From Parcubacteria group bacterium (GTDB lineage: Bacteria; Patescibacteriota; Minisyncoccia; Moranbacterales; GCA-2747515): a stretch of 64,000 bases of DNA. A model generated the notes under the pieces. It saw only the letters and a list, made by a program, of their open reading frames with translations. It ran no database searches and had not been told where the DNA came from. The first letter of the stretch is position 1. Each line of letters opens with the position of its first letter. Positions 23,014 through 33,194 of this stretch are shown here, in pieces. The stretch lies in assembly GCA_041660065.1 (NCBI GenBank), contig JBAZXC010000001.1, forward strand, positions 136,535 through 200,534, read 5' to 3'. A program made the translations under genes and the position numbers.

Positions 23014-23802
23014 ATGAAAAAAGATTCTATAAAAAATATTATCAATACGATCAAAAATGATCATATTACACCAAAAACGATCTTTGCGATCAGGTGGAAG
23101 AGTTATGCTTTTTGGTTTGTGTGGGCATGCATTATGATCATTGGTGCGATCAGTTTTTCGTTGATGATCGTGAATGTATTGGATGTGCGTCCGGAATTTT
23201 TTCATCACTTGGGAATTGGCCGGTACATGCGCGTACTTTTTGTTACAGCGCCGTACTTGTGGTTATTCCTTGTACTTGTAGCGACCGTTTCCGGTTTTGC
23301 GGTTTTGCGCAAAACACATCGTGGTTATCGTCACAGCGTGCTTTTTTTTACAAGCATTAGTGTTTTGGCGATCATGTTTTTGGGTGCTGTAGTGCATATG
23401 GCAAAAATGAATGATCGTATTGGCAAGGGGATCGCGGACGGGGGTATGCCACGTGGTATGATATTTCCCGCAGAAGGGCGTTTGCAACGACCGGATCATG
23501 GACTGCTTGGCGGACGTGTTGCTACGGTGGCGGAAGACCATCTCGTGATCACAGGTTTTCGCGGGGAGCAATGGACAATTCTTTATGACGAAAATACGCA
23601 GATCGATTTGCCGTTTACGATCGCAGAAGGTGTAATGATCGAGATTGTGGGAGAAAAGATCGACGAAGGAAATTTCCGTGCAAAATTTATCAGACCGCTT
23701 CCTGAGCGCATGCCACGACCGTCTGAGGAGGGGCGAGATATGTCGAAAGAATCATTGAGATATCGAGACGATGATCCTATGCGTGGAAAAATCATGCCAT
23801 GA
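23014..23802 (+). CDS. Membrane protein, putative anti-sigma factor
   Basis: Directly downstream of the ECF sigma; 3 TM helices + extracellular OB-like domain. Confidence 0.7.
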   Translation: MKKDSIKNIINTIKNDHITPKTIFAIRWKSYAFWFVWACIMIIGAISFSLMIVNVLDVRPEFFHHLGIGRYMRVLFVTAPYLWLFLVLVATVSGFAVLRKTHRGYRHSVLFFTSISVLAIMFLGAVVHMAKMNDRIGKGIADGGMPRGMIFPAEGRLQRPDHGLLGGRVATVAEDHLVITGFRGEQWTILYDENTQIDLPFTIAEGVMIEIVGEKIDEGNFRAKFIRPLPERMPRPSEEGRDMSKESLRYRDDDPMRGKIMP

Positions 23803-23850
23803 TCACAGCAAAGTGATGGGTGTCGTTTCGGCAAAATAGCAATCACATGC

Positions 23851-23878
23851 GCAAACTATTGCTAAAATGTCCCGTATA
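23851..23878 (+). promoter_or_regulatory. Putative ECF sigma promoter GCAAAC-N16-CGTATA
   Basis: Matches the motif upstream of the sigma gene. Confidence 0.7.
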
Positions 23879-23928
23879 TTTTTGTACCGACTGGTAGCAA
23901 ATATAATCATTTATAAATAAAAAAGATC

Positions 23929-24330
23929 ATGCAAAGAAAAAAGATCGTTATAGGAGCGTCAATTATAACAGTGTTTTGTGTTGTTGTGTTGAGTGGATGT
24001 GCAAAGAAAAACACAGAGCCGACACAAATACAAAATATGGCGCAAAATCAGAACACACAATCATCGCAAAATGGCGTGGTACAAAAGGACGATGATGGTA
24101 AGGGTGGCAAAAAACCGGCAATGCCGGCAGAAGCGATCGCTGTGTGTGCAGATAAGTCTGTGGGAGACACTTGCACGGTGGAAATGATCGGTCCGGAAAA
24201 TTCTACGACGACGATGAGTGGCGCGTGTCAGGCGCAACCGGATAATACTGAAGAATTGGCATGCATGTCACAAAATATGCAAGGCGGTCCGCAAAGAGGA
24301 CATGGTCCCTCTGGTGATGTGTCAGAGTAG
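23929..24330 (+). CDS. Lipoprotein (lipobox LSGC), Cys-rich small domain
   Basis: Signal peptide ending LSGC. Confidence 0.8.
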   Translation: MQRKKIVIGASIITVFCVVVLSGCAKKNTEPTQIQNMAQNQNTQSSQNGVVQKDDDGKGGKKPAMPAEAIAVCADKSVGDTCTVEMIGPENSTTTMSGACQAQPDNTEELACMSQNMQGGPQRGHGPSGDVSE

Positions 24331-24465
24331 TATCCGCATAGATTATAATGAACAAATGGAGGCTCATGTCCGGGCGGAAGCAGGATATGGGCCTTTTTGG
24401 TGTAAAAAAAGCAATAAAATAAGAGAAGGGAAAATATCCCGGGGTATTCTTCTTTGAGCGAAATC

Positions 24466-24494
24466 TTGACAATTGTTCAAAAAAGTGCTATAAT
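24466..24494 (+). promoter_or_regulatory. Consensus sigma70 promoter
   Basis: TTGACA-N17-TATAAT. Confidence 0.85.
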
Positions 24495-24522
24495 AGACGG
24501 TTATAACTTTTTAGCAACAATT

Positions 24523-26112
24523 ATGAGCAACACTATATATATTATAAATAAAGCTAAAAAGGGTCTTTTTTTGGCAATAATCATTGCTACAGGCTTTTTT
24601 GTTGCAGGATTTCATCCATCGATCGCTTATGCGCAGACGGTGAATTTTGGAAATGACGGGAAAATGTTCGCTCCAAACTGCCACTGTAATGAAGATGTTT
24701 CTCCATATCATCTTGCAACATGGTGTGGCGCAACCAGTTCCACATGCAATGGCCAATCCGGCACATATACAACCAATGTTGAAAGTGGGGATTATGGTGT
24801 CACGGTAAATCTCGGCAGTTTATCTGATTTTCAGCGATATGAAGAAGTGATCATCAATATCAATGGTCGGGATTTTGCAATTGCTGATCTCGGCGGCAAT
24901 GGTTCTTCGACCGGGAGTGCGCGTCATTCTTTGGGAAATATGCATCTCTCTGGAAGAATTACGGTGAGTGCACGACACAAATATGCAAATACTTTTACAG
25001 GGGGATGGTATTCTGATATGGCAACGCGATTTGGTTCAGGATCGGCGTTGGAGAGTGTTGAGATCGTATCAGTTGTTTTTGATCGTATTGCACCGCCTGC
25101 TCCACCAGAGCCAATTTGTGGTGCGGCACATGATCAATCATTTAGCAGTGCGCCGACGACAGGATTGTGTGGTGTTGGTACAGCATCAGTCGTTGCACAC
25201 ACAAATGATCGTTGGACATGGACGTGCACAAGCGGAGAACATGTGGTTAATTGTTCCGCAGCAGAAGCACGTGTCTCTATAGGCATTGTAAAAAGAAATG
25301 GTGACAATAGCGGTGATACACAGACGATTACATCCGGCGGTAGGGCAACGTTCACTATTACAGTGACAAATACCGGTGAAGATAATTTGACAGATATTGT
25401 CATAGCGGATGCAGAGGCGTCACAGTGTGATCGCACAGCACAACAAACGCATGAATTGTATAGCGGTGATCTTTTTGATCCGCAGGAGAGTTTTACATAT
25501 ACGTGTGTAGACGAAAATGTACAAGCGGGTTATACAAATGTTGCGTATGTAACGGGACGTGTGGCAACAAGTTCACAAACAGTAACTGCACATGACGATA
25601 GTCGTGTGAGTCTTGCATCCGATCCTGCGGACCCTGTTGAGCCGGATGACCCGGAGGATGAGGATGACTGCGATGGGGCAATTGGAAATGACGTATGGCA
25701 TGATCGCAACAAAAACGGCATACAAGACGCAGGCGAAGAAGGGATCGCTGATGTGCGATTGAAACTTTATAATGGCGATGATATAGAAAAGGACACGACA
25801 AATTCTCTTGGACATTATAAATTCAAAGATCTCTGTGAAGGATCATATCGCGTTGTGGTTGCAGAAGAAACACTGCCAGCCGGTTGTTATCAAACGTATG
25901 ACAAGGATGGCGTGTTGGATAATGCGTCAAAAACTAGCATCAAAAATGATGAATATAACCGCAAAATCGATTTCGGATATTATTGTCCAAGCACGAAATC
26001 TTTTACTGTATCACCGCAAACCGGTTCTGGCGTGTGGGTATGGGTAATATCGATCATTGGTGCATGTATTGTCGCTGTGGTGGTATATCGTAGAAAATTG
26101 ATTGCAAAATAA
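24523..26112 (+). CDS. Secreted surface protein with SdrD B-like domain and SPxTG C-terminal anchor
   Basis: Signal peptide; IGNDVWHDRNKNGIQDAGEEGIADV; SPQTG + TM + basic tail. Confidence 0.85.
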   Translation: MSNTIYIINKAKKGLFLAIIIATGFFVAGFHPSIAYAQTVNFGNDGKMFAPNCHCNEDVSPYHLATWCGATSSTCNGQSGTYTTNVESGDYGVTVNLGSLSDFQRYEEVIININGRDFAIADLGGNGSSTGSARHSLGNMHLSGRITVSARHKYANTFTGGWYSDMATRFGSGSALESVEIVSVVFDRIAPPAPPEPICGAAHDQSFSSAPTTGLCGVGTASVVAHTNDRWTWTCTSGEHVVNCSAAEARVSIGIVKRNGDNSGDTQTITSGGRATFTITVTNTGEDNLTDIVIADAEASQCDRTAQQTHELYSGDLFDPQESFTYTCVDENVQAGYTNVAYVTGRVATSSQTVTAHDDSRVSLASDPADPVEPDDPEDEDDCDGAIGNDVWHDRNKNGIQDAGEEGIADVRLKLYNGDDIEKDTTNSLGHYKFKDLCEGSYRVVVAEETLPAGCYQTYDKDGVLDNASKTSIKNDEYNRKIDFGYYCPSTKSFTVSPQTGSGVWVWVISIIGACIVAVVVYRRKLIAK

Positions 26113-26238
26113 AAATCTCGTCTGTTGTTATTGACAAAAAGAACGTCGCATGGTAGATTATGATATTGTTTTCATGGAGTAAATACGGTGAAAAACGTGT
26201 TTTTCCATGAGCAATATTATTTGTTAGTATATGCATAT

Positions 26239-26772
26239 ATGCAAAGAATGCACATGATAGTCGCAATTTGTGCCGTAGTGATCGGCATGGGAATTGCAAC
26301 ACAAGTTCACGCAGCAACGATTGGTAATACCGTATGGAACGATCGTAATGGTAATCACGTTCAAGATCCCGGTGAAGAGGGAATCGCGGGCGTTCGTATC
26401 AAATTATATCATGGTGATGATGTGGATACGGATCGCACAAATTCTCACGGACGATATGAATTTGATGATCTTGAGCCGGGACATTATACGGTTGTCGTTG
26501 CACAGGAGACGCTTCCGCGAGGGTGTCGAGCGACATATGATCGTGACGGAAACAAAAATGGAACATACAGTGATAAATATCTCCAAGAGGATGATAATTT
26601 CACACATGCAGACTTCGGTTATCAATGTACAAATACTGTCGCATATGTGCGTCGTGTTTCTCCTGTGACGGGTCCCGGCATGGTATCGGTAATTATTGCC
26701 ACAGCTGTAGCGATTGCCGCCGGTATGTATATGTATCGACGTTATACGATCAAAAAACTTTTGCAAAAATAA
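26239..26772 (+). CDS. Small SdrD B-like surface protein, paralog of upstream C-terminus
   Basis: IGNTVWNDRNGNHVQDPGEEGIAGV; SPVTG + TM + basic tail. Confidence 0.85.
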   Translation: MQRMHMIVAICAVVIGMGIATQVHAATIGNTVWNDRNGNHVQDPGEEGIAGVRIKLYHGDDVDTDRTNSHGRYEFDDLEPGHYTVVVAQETLPRGCRATYDRDGNKNGTYSDKYLQEDDNFTHADFGYQCTNTVAYVRRVSPVTGPGMVSVIIATAVAIAAGMYMYRRYTIKKLLQK

Positions 26773-26810
26773 GTCACCCTCATTGAAAAAAATGATGATG
26801 TGAAAGACAA

Positions 26811-26852
26811 AAAAAGACCTTATGATCATCAAGTGTACATAAGGTCTTTTTT
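26811..26852. terminator. Intrinsic terminator
   Basis: AAAAAGACCTTATG...CATAAGGTCTTTTTT. Confidence 0.75.
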
Positions 26853-26907
26853 GTGGCAGAGAGACTGCTTATGGTGTATAATTGGCATAGCGTGTTCGTT
26901 TGTAGAA

Positions 26908-27271
26908 TTGGAAGATCATCAGGTGACAGCTCTACGGAGAGGAAAGTCCGGACACCTCGTGTCTTTATTGACACGTATAAATGGTAGCGGGTAACGCCCG
27001 TCCAGAGTGATCTGCGAGGTGCGAACAGGAACGGTTTTTTCGCGAGAAAAAACCATCCCGCATGTATATGCGGGATGATGCCCTATGGCAACATGGGGAG
27101 TGAAACGGCTAAATCCTTACTCAGGTGCAAGATCGTGTCACGCACCCCAAAATAGTGAAAATGTTTACTATTTTGGGGTGCGTGAAGAATCGCAAAGATG
27201 TTTATGGCAACATAAACACAAGACAGATTGTCATCCCAATGACAGAATCCGGCTTATCGATGATCTTCCAA
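26908..27271 (+). ncRNA. rnpB: RNase P RNA
   Basis: GAGGAAAGTCCGG (CR I), GGGTAACGCCC, GTGAAACGG, ACAGAATCCGGCTTA (CR V); P1 GGAAGATCATC/GATGATCTTCC. Confidence 0.97.
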
Positions 27272-27317
27272 TTATATAAGTGAACCAGATATGTATTTAA
27301 TGTACAGATAAAAAAAT

Positions 27318-28742
27318 ATGAAAAAATCAGAATTATTCTTCAGTGCGTTGCAGGTGATCGCAGATTTCTTTCTTGTGATCCTTGGTGCGCTGCTGGCATA
27401 TAAGTTGCGTGATACGGCGCAAATTCAAAGCTTGATCAACAAAGAGGGTCTCTATAATGTTTCATTTGAACAATATATAAATTTTACAATTCTCATCGCG
27501 ATTGTTGCTGTTGTTGTCTATGCGTTTGAGGGATTGTATAATGTGCGCTCGACACGTCGCTTCTGGCAAGAATCATACTCCATTTTCAAGGGGTCGACGA
27601 TTGTTGTTGTGTTGGTGATGATCGGTTTCTTTCTACAGCGAGAGTGGTTTTCGTCTCGTTTTATCATTGTTGCCGCGTGGGGATTGGTAATTCTTGCGGT
27701 TTCTCTTGGCCGTGTATTTCTGCATGGGGTGCAAAAATATCTTTTGGTGTACAAAGGCGTTGGCGTACATCGCGTTTTACTTGTCGGAGCCAGCGAGAAA
27801 ATGAAGTATATTTGTCGCATGATCCGTACGCAGAAACATTTGGGTTATAGTATTGTCGATCATGTGGATTATATCAACCTTCCGCAGATCAAGGATATTT
27901 ACAAAACACAGGGCATTGATGAGATCATCGTGCATGAGTCATCATTGCCGGATGATCTATTGATCAAATTGCACGACTTCTGCGAGATCAATAATATTAC
28001 GTATAAGCATATCCCGTCATCACTGCAGACGACGCGTTTTGAGATGATGATGTTTGTGGGTGAGCCACTGATCGAGCATTTGCATACGCCGTTGGATGGA
28101 TGGGGCAAGATCACAAAACGTATTATGGATGTGATTTTGTCGAGTATCTTGATCATATGTACTAGTCCAATCATGCTTGTCGTTGCCATACTTATAAAAT
28201 TAGAGAATATTCATGCGCCGATCGTATTTAAAAATGCACGCATTGGTGCTGATGGCAAAGAATTCAATGTGTATAAATTTCGTTATTTCCAGTGGAAGTT
28301 TTGTACAACAAAATTAAATCCAGAGTGGAAAGAGGCGATGGAGTATGAAAAAAAGTTGATCGCAGAACAATCAATTCGTGTTGGCCCGATTTACAAGATC
28401 AAAGACGATCCCAGAAAATCATGGATCGGGAAATTTCTTGAGAGATTTTCCATCGATGAATTCCCACAATTTTTTAATGTGTTTTTTGGTGATATGAGTT
28501 TGGTGGGTCCACGACCGCATCAAGGACGAGAAGTGGAAAAATACCGTGAGTATCATCGTCGCCTCCTTACGATCAAGCCGGGAATTACCGGCATGGCGCA
28601 GATTTCCGGACGGAGTGATTTGAATTTTGAGGATGAATATCGACTGGATGTCTATTATATTGAAAACTGGTCAATTCTCCTGGATTTAAAGATTATTTTA
28701 AAAACGCCACTTGCCGTTTTGCGTTCACGAAACAATTCATAG
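27318..28742 (+). CDS. Undecaprenyl-phosphate sugar phosphotransferase (WcaJ/WbaP-like)
   Basis: KRIMD, YKFR, DDPR, DEFPQFFNV..GDMSLVGPRP, KPGITGMAQ. Confidence 0.95.
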   Translation: MKKSELFFSALQVIADFFLVILGALLAYKLRDTAQIQSLINKEGLYNVSFEQYINFTILIAIVAVVVYAFEGLYNVRSTRRFWQESYSIFKGSTIVVVLVMIGFFLQREWFSSRFIIVAAWGLVILAVSLGRVFLHGVQKYLLVYKGVGVHRVLLVGASEKMKYICRMIRTQKHLGYSIVDHVDYINLPQIKDIYKTQGIDEIIVHESSLPDDLLIKLHDFCEINNITYKHIPSSLQTTRFEMMMFVGEPLIEHLHTPLDGWGKITKRIMDVILSSILIICTSPIMLVVAILIKLENIHAPIVFKNARIGADGKEFNVYKFRYFQWKFCTTKLNPEWKEAMEYEKKLIAEQSIRVGPIYKIKDDPRKSWIGKFLERFSIDEFPQFFNVFFGDMSLVGPRPHQGREVEKYREYHRRLLTIKPGITGMAQISGRSDLNFEDEYRLDVYYIENWSILLDLKIILKTPLAVLRSRNNS

Positions 28743-28779
28743 TATAATAGAAGCGAAGGTAATTTTTGAATAGAAAACT

Positions 28780-29130
28780 ATGAAGTTTATCATAAAATTG
28801 TGCGCAGTTGCTGCGGCGCTTCTTCTTGCAGCGCGGTATGTTGATGGTATAACGATCGAAAACTTTTGGCCGTCTGCAGTTCTGGCTGCAGTGATCTTCG
28901 GTGTGTTGAACGCAGTGGTGAAGCCTGTAGTAAAATTATTTGCACTGCCGGTATCGATTTTGACATTGGGTGTTTTTTCTCTTGTGATCAATGTGGTGAT
29001 CTTTTGGTTGATCACATTTGTACCCGGTGTAACAATTAGCGGTTTTATGCCGGCATTATGGGGTTTGATCATTGTGTCTGTTGTTGCATGGATTGTCGAT
29101 CTGATATTTAGCAATAAAGATAATTCATGA
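28780..29130 (+). CDS. YvlD/phage-holin family 4-TM protein
   Basis: NAVVKPVVKLFALPVSILTLGVFSLVIN. Confidence 0.9.
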   Translation: MKFIIKLCAVAAALLLAARYVDGITIENFWPSAVLAAVIFGVLNAVVKPVVKLFALPVSILTLGVFSLVINVVIFWLITFVPGVTISGFMPALWGLIIVSVVAWIVDLIFSNKDNS

Positions 29131-30272
29131 AGATCGCATTGGTGCATGATTATCTCGTCCAGCATGGTGGCGCGGAAAAAGTGTTGGAATGTTTTTGTGA
29201 GTTGTATCCTACGGCACCCATTTACACACTGATCTATGATCGGGATGCGATGGGTGAGACGTTTGCGCATCGTAAAATCTACACATCACGATTGCAAAAA
29301 ATACCATTTGCCCAAAAAAAACACCGTATCTTTCCACTTCTTATGCCGGCGGCGATCGAAGAGTTTGATCTGTCGCAATATGATATTGTCCTCTCTGACT
29401 CCTCGAGCTTTGCAAAAGGTGTTTTGACACAGCCAAAGACACTTCATATTTCTTATGTGCATACGCCGATGCGTTACGCATGGGATGACTGTCAAAAATA
29501 CACCGCAGACTTCGGTTTTCCGAAGATGATTGAAAGAGTTGTACCGTTCATGATGAATTTTGTGCGTGTATGGGATCGTGTGAGCAGTGATCGGGTTGAT
29601 CGATACATTGCCAATTCCACGTTTGTGTCGCGGCGGATCAAAAAATATTATAATAAGGATACAATTGTGATCAACCCCCCGGTGGATACAAAGAATTTTT
29701 ATATTGATAAATCGAGATCACATGATGAATATTATCTGATGGTAGGGAGATTGATCGCATATAAAAGACATGATATCGCGATCGAGGCTTTCAATCGCTT
29801 AGGTTTGCCGCTCAAAATTATCGGACGTGGACCGGAATTGGCAAATTTAAAAAAGAACGCAGGTAAAAATATTGAGTTTTTGGAACGAGTGAATGACAAA
29901 GAGCTTGCGCGATATTACGCACAAGCCAAAGCGTTTATTTTCCCCCAAGAAGAGGATTTCGGCATTGTTGCAATTGAGGCGATGGCATCGGGGCGGCCGA
30001 TCATTGCGTATCGGGGTGGCGATATTGTTGAACATTTGGAGAGCGGTAAAATGGGTATATTTTTTGATCAACAAACGCCGGAAGCATTGATCGATGCGAT
30101 CAAAAAATTTGATGTAGCTGTCTTTGATGAAAATATCATCCGACAACATGCGTTGCGATTTGACAGAGAGATATTTAAGCGTACAATAAAGGACTACATT
30201 GATAAAGAATATACGAATCATATGAGAGATCGAGAATATTTATCTGTAAAATCTTTCCATGGAATTCAATAA
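29127..30272 (+). CDS. Glycosyltransferase family 4
   Basis: MKIALVHDYL..GGAEKV; EEDFGIVAIEAMASG. Confidence 0.95.
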   Translation: MKIALVHDYLVQHGGAEKVLECFCELYPTAPIYTLIYDRDAMGETFAHRKIYTSRLQKIPFAQKKHRIFPLLMPAAIEEFDLSQYDIVLSDSSSFAKGVLTQPKTLHISYVHTPMRYAWDDCQKYTADFGFPKMIERVVPFMMNFVRVWDRVSSDRVDRYIANSTFVSRRIKKYYNKDTIVINPPVDTKNFYIDKSRSHDEYYLMVGRLIAYKRHDIAIEAFNRLGLPLKIIGRGPELANLKKNAGKNIEFLERVNDKELARYYAQAKAFIFPQEEDFGIVAIEAMASGRPIIAYRGGDIVEHLESGKMGIFFDQQTPEALIDAIKKFDVAVFDENIIRQHALRFDREIFKRTIKDYIDKEYTNHMRDREYLSVKSFHGIQ

Positions 30273-30840
30273 ATTTTTTGATATTTTTTGTGTATATAAA
30301 GCGTTGTTTTGGAGCATTGTTTTGTTGAGCGTTGTGTGTGGCGCTTTCTATTTTTTGTTGCAAAAACAAACGTTTAAAAGTTCGCTCATTATCAATGTGA
30401 CGCGAGATGCGGCAAAGAGTCAAAATGTTTACACGTATGATGATTTTTATCGGTTGCAAGCTGATGAACGTTTTGCGGATACGGTCGTGCAATGGATCAT
30501 ATCTCCGCAAATGAGAGAGGAAACCAAAAATGTATCCGGGAAACTGACGGCAAAAAGACGGTCTTCCCAAGTGATCGAGGTATCATTTAGCACAAAAACG
30601 ATGCGCGATGCCCAAACGGTTGCAGAAGATATTGTCACGGCACTCAATGATAAATCTAAAAAACTTAATGAAAAACAGGGGCAAGATCACTGGTTTATCA
30701 TCCAAGGAAATCCTCCAACAGTTGTCGATGGAACACGATCGCTGTTCTTTTTGATCGGGTTATGTGGCATGATCGGTTTTTTTACTGCTTTTTGGAGTGT
30801 TTTGATCCGCCATTATTTTGGGAATCCCACACATTTGTGA
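30259..30840 (+). CDS. Wzz/YveK-like chain-length determinant
   Basis: Two terminal TM helices with extracellular loop, within polysaccharide cluster. Confidence 0.7.
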   Translation: MEFNKFFDIFCVYKALFWSIVLLSVVCGAFYFLLQKQTFKSSLIINVTRDAAKSQNVYTYDDFYRLQADERFADTVVQWIISPQMREETKNVSGKLTAKRRSSQVIEVSFSTKTMRDAQTVAEDIVTALNDKSKKLNEKQGQDHWFIIQGNPPTVVDGTRSLFFLIGLCGMIGFFTAFWSVLIRHYFGNPTHL

Positions 30841-30844
30841 TCAT

Positions 30845-32005
30845 ATGAAAATAGGTATTGATGCGCGATGTTTTGCACAAGGCAAAAGAACCGGTGTAGA
30901 GGAATATGCGCAAAAATTATTAGAGGCGATCTTTCGCAATGATCCACATAATGAGTATGTGCTTTTTTTTAATGCTTTGCGACACAAAAACAGTGATTTT
31001 TCATGGGCGACAATTTTTCCGCATGTATCTGTCGTATCATTTGCGATTCCCAATAAGTTTCTCAATCTCAGTCTGTGGTTATTGCAGTATCCAAAAATTG
31101 ATCGTTTGTGCGGTGGCGTGGATTTGTTTTTTATGCCAAACAGTAATTTCATTTCACTGTCACGCGACGTGCCGCTTGTTTTGACGGTGCATGATCTTTC
31201 TTTTGCGCATTACAAAAGGACATTTTCATATAAACGCCGTTTGTGGCACTACTTTGTCAATCCGCGAAAACTCGTTGCGCGTGCCACGCACATCATGGCG
31301 GTTTCCGCATATACCAAAGAGGATCTCTGTAAAACCTATGGCAAAAAAAAGGAAATGGTCGCCGTTTCGTTAAATGGGACAACATCGATCAAAGGCCTCT
31401 TAAATCGCAATGATATCGAACTGATCGATGTAAAAAGAAAATACAATTTGCCATACAATTTCATTTTATATTTTGGTACGATTGAGCCACGCAAGAATAT
31501 TGTCGGCCTCGTGCGCGCATATGAGATCTTTCGTAAAAAAAATCCGCACATTACACCACATCTCGTGCTTGCAGGTTCGCGCGGATGGAATATGCACACA
31601 ATTGAATATGCAATTGCATCATCGTGTTTTTCCGCGGATATTCATGTGATCACAGATATTCCGGAAGAGGACAAGGAAGCATTTTATGCACTTGCCACCG
31701 TCTTCGTGTACCCGTCATTTTTTGAAGGATTCGGATTTCCGCCGTTGGAAGCGGCTCTGTGCAAAAAACCCATCATCATGTCACATACAACATCAATGCC
31801 GGAAGTGGTTGAGGAAGGCGTGATCATGATCGATCCATACCGCACAGAAGAACTTGTTGCGGCACTGCATGCCGTTTTTACGCAAAAAGAATTTACACAG
31901 TATAGCGAGAAAAGTAATACCGCTACGCTTAGGCACAAGTTCAGCTGGGATCGTAATGCGCGTGACTTTTTGCGGGTATGTTATGGCGGTGGCGGATCCA
32001 CATGA
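30845..32005 (+). CDS. Glycosyltransferase family 4
   Basis: MKIGIDAR, GTIEPRKN, YPSFFEGFGFPPLEA. Confidence 0.95.
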   Translation: MKIGIDARCFAQGKRTGVEEYAQKLLEAIFRNDPHNEYVLFFNALRHKNSDFSWATIFPHVSVVSFAIPNKFLNLSLWLLQYPKIDRLCGGVDLFFMPNSNFISLSRDVPLVLTVHDLSFAHYKRTFSYKRRLWHYFVNPRKLVARATHIMAVSAYTKEDLCKTYGKKKEMVAVSLNGTTSIKGLLNRNDIELIDVKRKYNLPYNFILYFGTIEPRKNIVGLVRAYEIFRKKNPHITPHLVLAGSRGWNMHTIEYAIASSCFSADIHVITDIPEEDKEAFYALATVFVYPSFFEGFGFPPLEAALCKKPIIMSHTTSMPEVVEEGVIMIDPYRTEELVAALHAVFTQKEFTQYSEKSNTATLRHKFSWDRNARDFLRVCYGGGGST

Positions 32006-32070
32006 GTGGGATAATGGCGTATGTGTGATTTTCTCCCATATTTGTGAAAATTTTGCTATACTATGAGTAT

Positions 32071-33192
32071 ATGCGAATAGGTATTGATGCACGTTTTTAT
32101 GGTCCGGACAGTAAGGGTTTGGGACGATATACACAAAAACTCATTGCACACATGGAAAAGATTGATCAGGAAAATGATTATATCATTTTTCTGCGTAGGG
32201 ATAATTATGACACATATGTGCCTCAAAATTCTCGTTTTCGGAAAGTGCTTGCCGATTTCCAGTGGTATAGTTTTAGTGAGCAAATATTTTTTCCGTTTGT
32301 TTTATACAAGCATCGATGCGATCTTGTGCATTTTCTGCATTTTAATGTGCCGATTTTGTATGTGAAGCGGCTGATCGTGACTATCCACGATCTCATTCTT
32401 TTGCGCTATCCGACACGTAAAGCATCAACACGAAATAGACTTTTTTATTGGATCAAATTTCTCTGTTATCGTATCGTGATCGCGTCAGCGGTTGCAAAAG
32501 CGTGGAAGATCATCGCGGTTTCACAATTTACAAAGACGGATATTTGTGCGCAATATCCGCGGACGTGCAAAAAGACGACAGTGATCTATGAGGCGGCAGA
32601 AGTGATCGATCAAAAGTTGATCGATTATAAGGAATTTTTTGCGCGATATGATATAATGAAGCCGTACATGCTGTATGTCGGCAATGCATATCCGCATAAG
32701 AATCTCTATAATCTTGTGGATGCGTTTGCTCTGTATGTCAAAAACGGTGGTGCGGTCAGCCGTATGGTTTTGGTTGGACGAGATGATTATTTTTATACGC
32801 GACTTGAGGAACATATTACGTCGCACGAGATTGAAAATATCATCATTCTTTATACAATTGATGATGCGCAATTGCATGCGCTCTATCGTCAGGCGACGAT
32901 GTTCGTTTTTCCGTCATTGTATGAAGGATTTGGTTTGCCGCCACTGGAGGCGCAATTGTTGAAAGTCCCGGTATTATCATCAGATCATCCATGCATGAAA
33001 GAAATTCTCTCCGAACAAGGAGCGATGTTTGTGGATGCATCGGATGTACCTGTTTTTGCGCAAGCAATGGAAGACATTGTATCGGATACAGTCCAACGAA
33101 ATAGACTCATTGTTGACGGCTATGAAAATGCGCGGAAATATTCATGGCGAAAAATGGCGATTCAAATACATAATATATATACAAAAAAATAA
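32071..33192 (+). CDS. Glycosyltransferase family 4
   Basis: MRIGIDAR, VGNAYPHKN, FPSLYEGFGLPPLEA. Confidence 0.95.
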   Translation: MRIGIDARFYGPDSKGLGRYTQKLIAHMEKIDQENDYIIFLRRDNYDTYVPQNSRFRKVLADFQWYSFSEQIFFPFVLYKHRCDLVHFLHFNVPILYVKRLIVTIHDLILLRYPTRKASTRNRLFYWIKFLCYRIVIASAVAKAWKIIAVSQFTKTDICAQYPRTCKKTTVIYEAAEVIDQKLIDYKEFFARYDIMKPYMLYVGNAYPHKNLYNLVDAFALYVKNGGAVSRMVLVGRDDYFYTRLEEHITSHEIENIIILYTIDDAQLHALYRQATMFVFPSLYEGFGLPPLEAQLLKVPVLSSDHPCMKEILSEQGAMFVDASDVPVFAQAMEDIVSDTVQRNRLIVDGYENARKYSWRKMAIQIHNIYTKK

Positions 33193-33194
33193 CG

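Noticed and set aside
26800-27279. ORFs 26800-26994 and 27085-27279
   Set aside because: Overlap a terminator and the RNase P RNA
28780-29130. Holin-family gene as a prophage marker
   Set aside because: YvlD-type proteins are common chromosomal genes; no phage genes nearby
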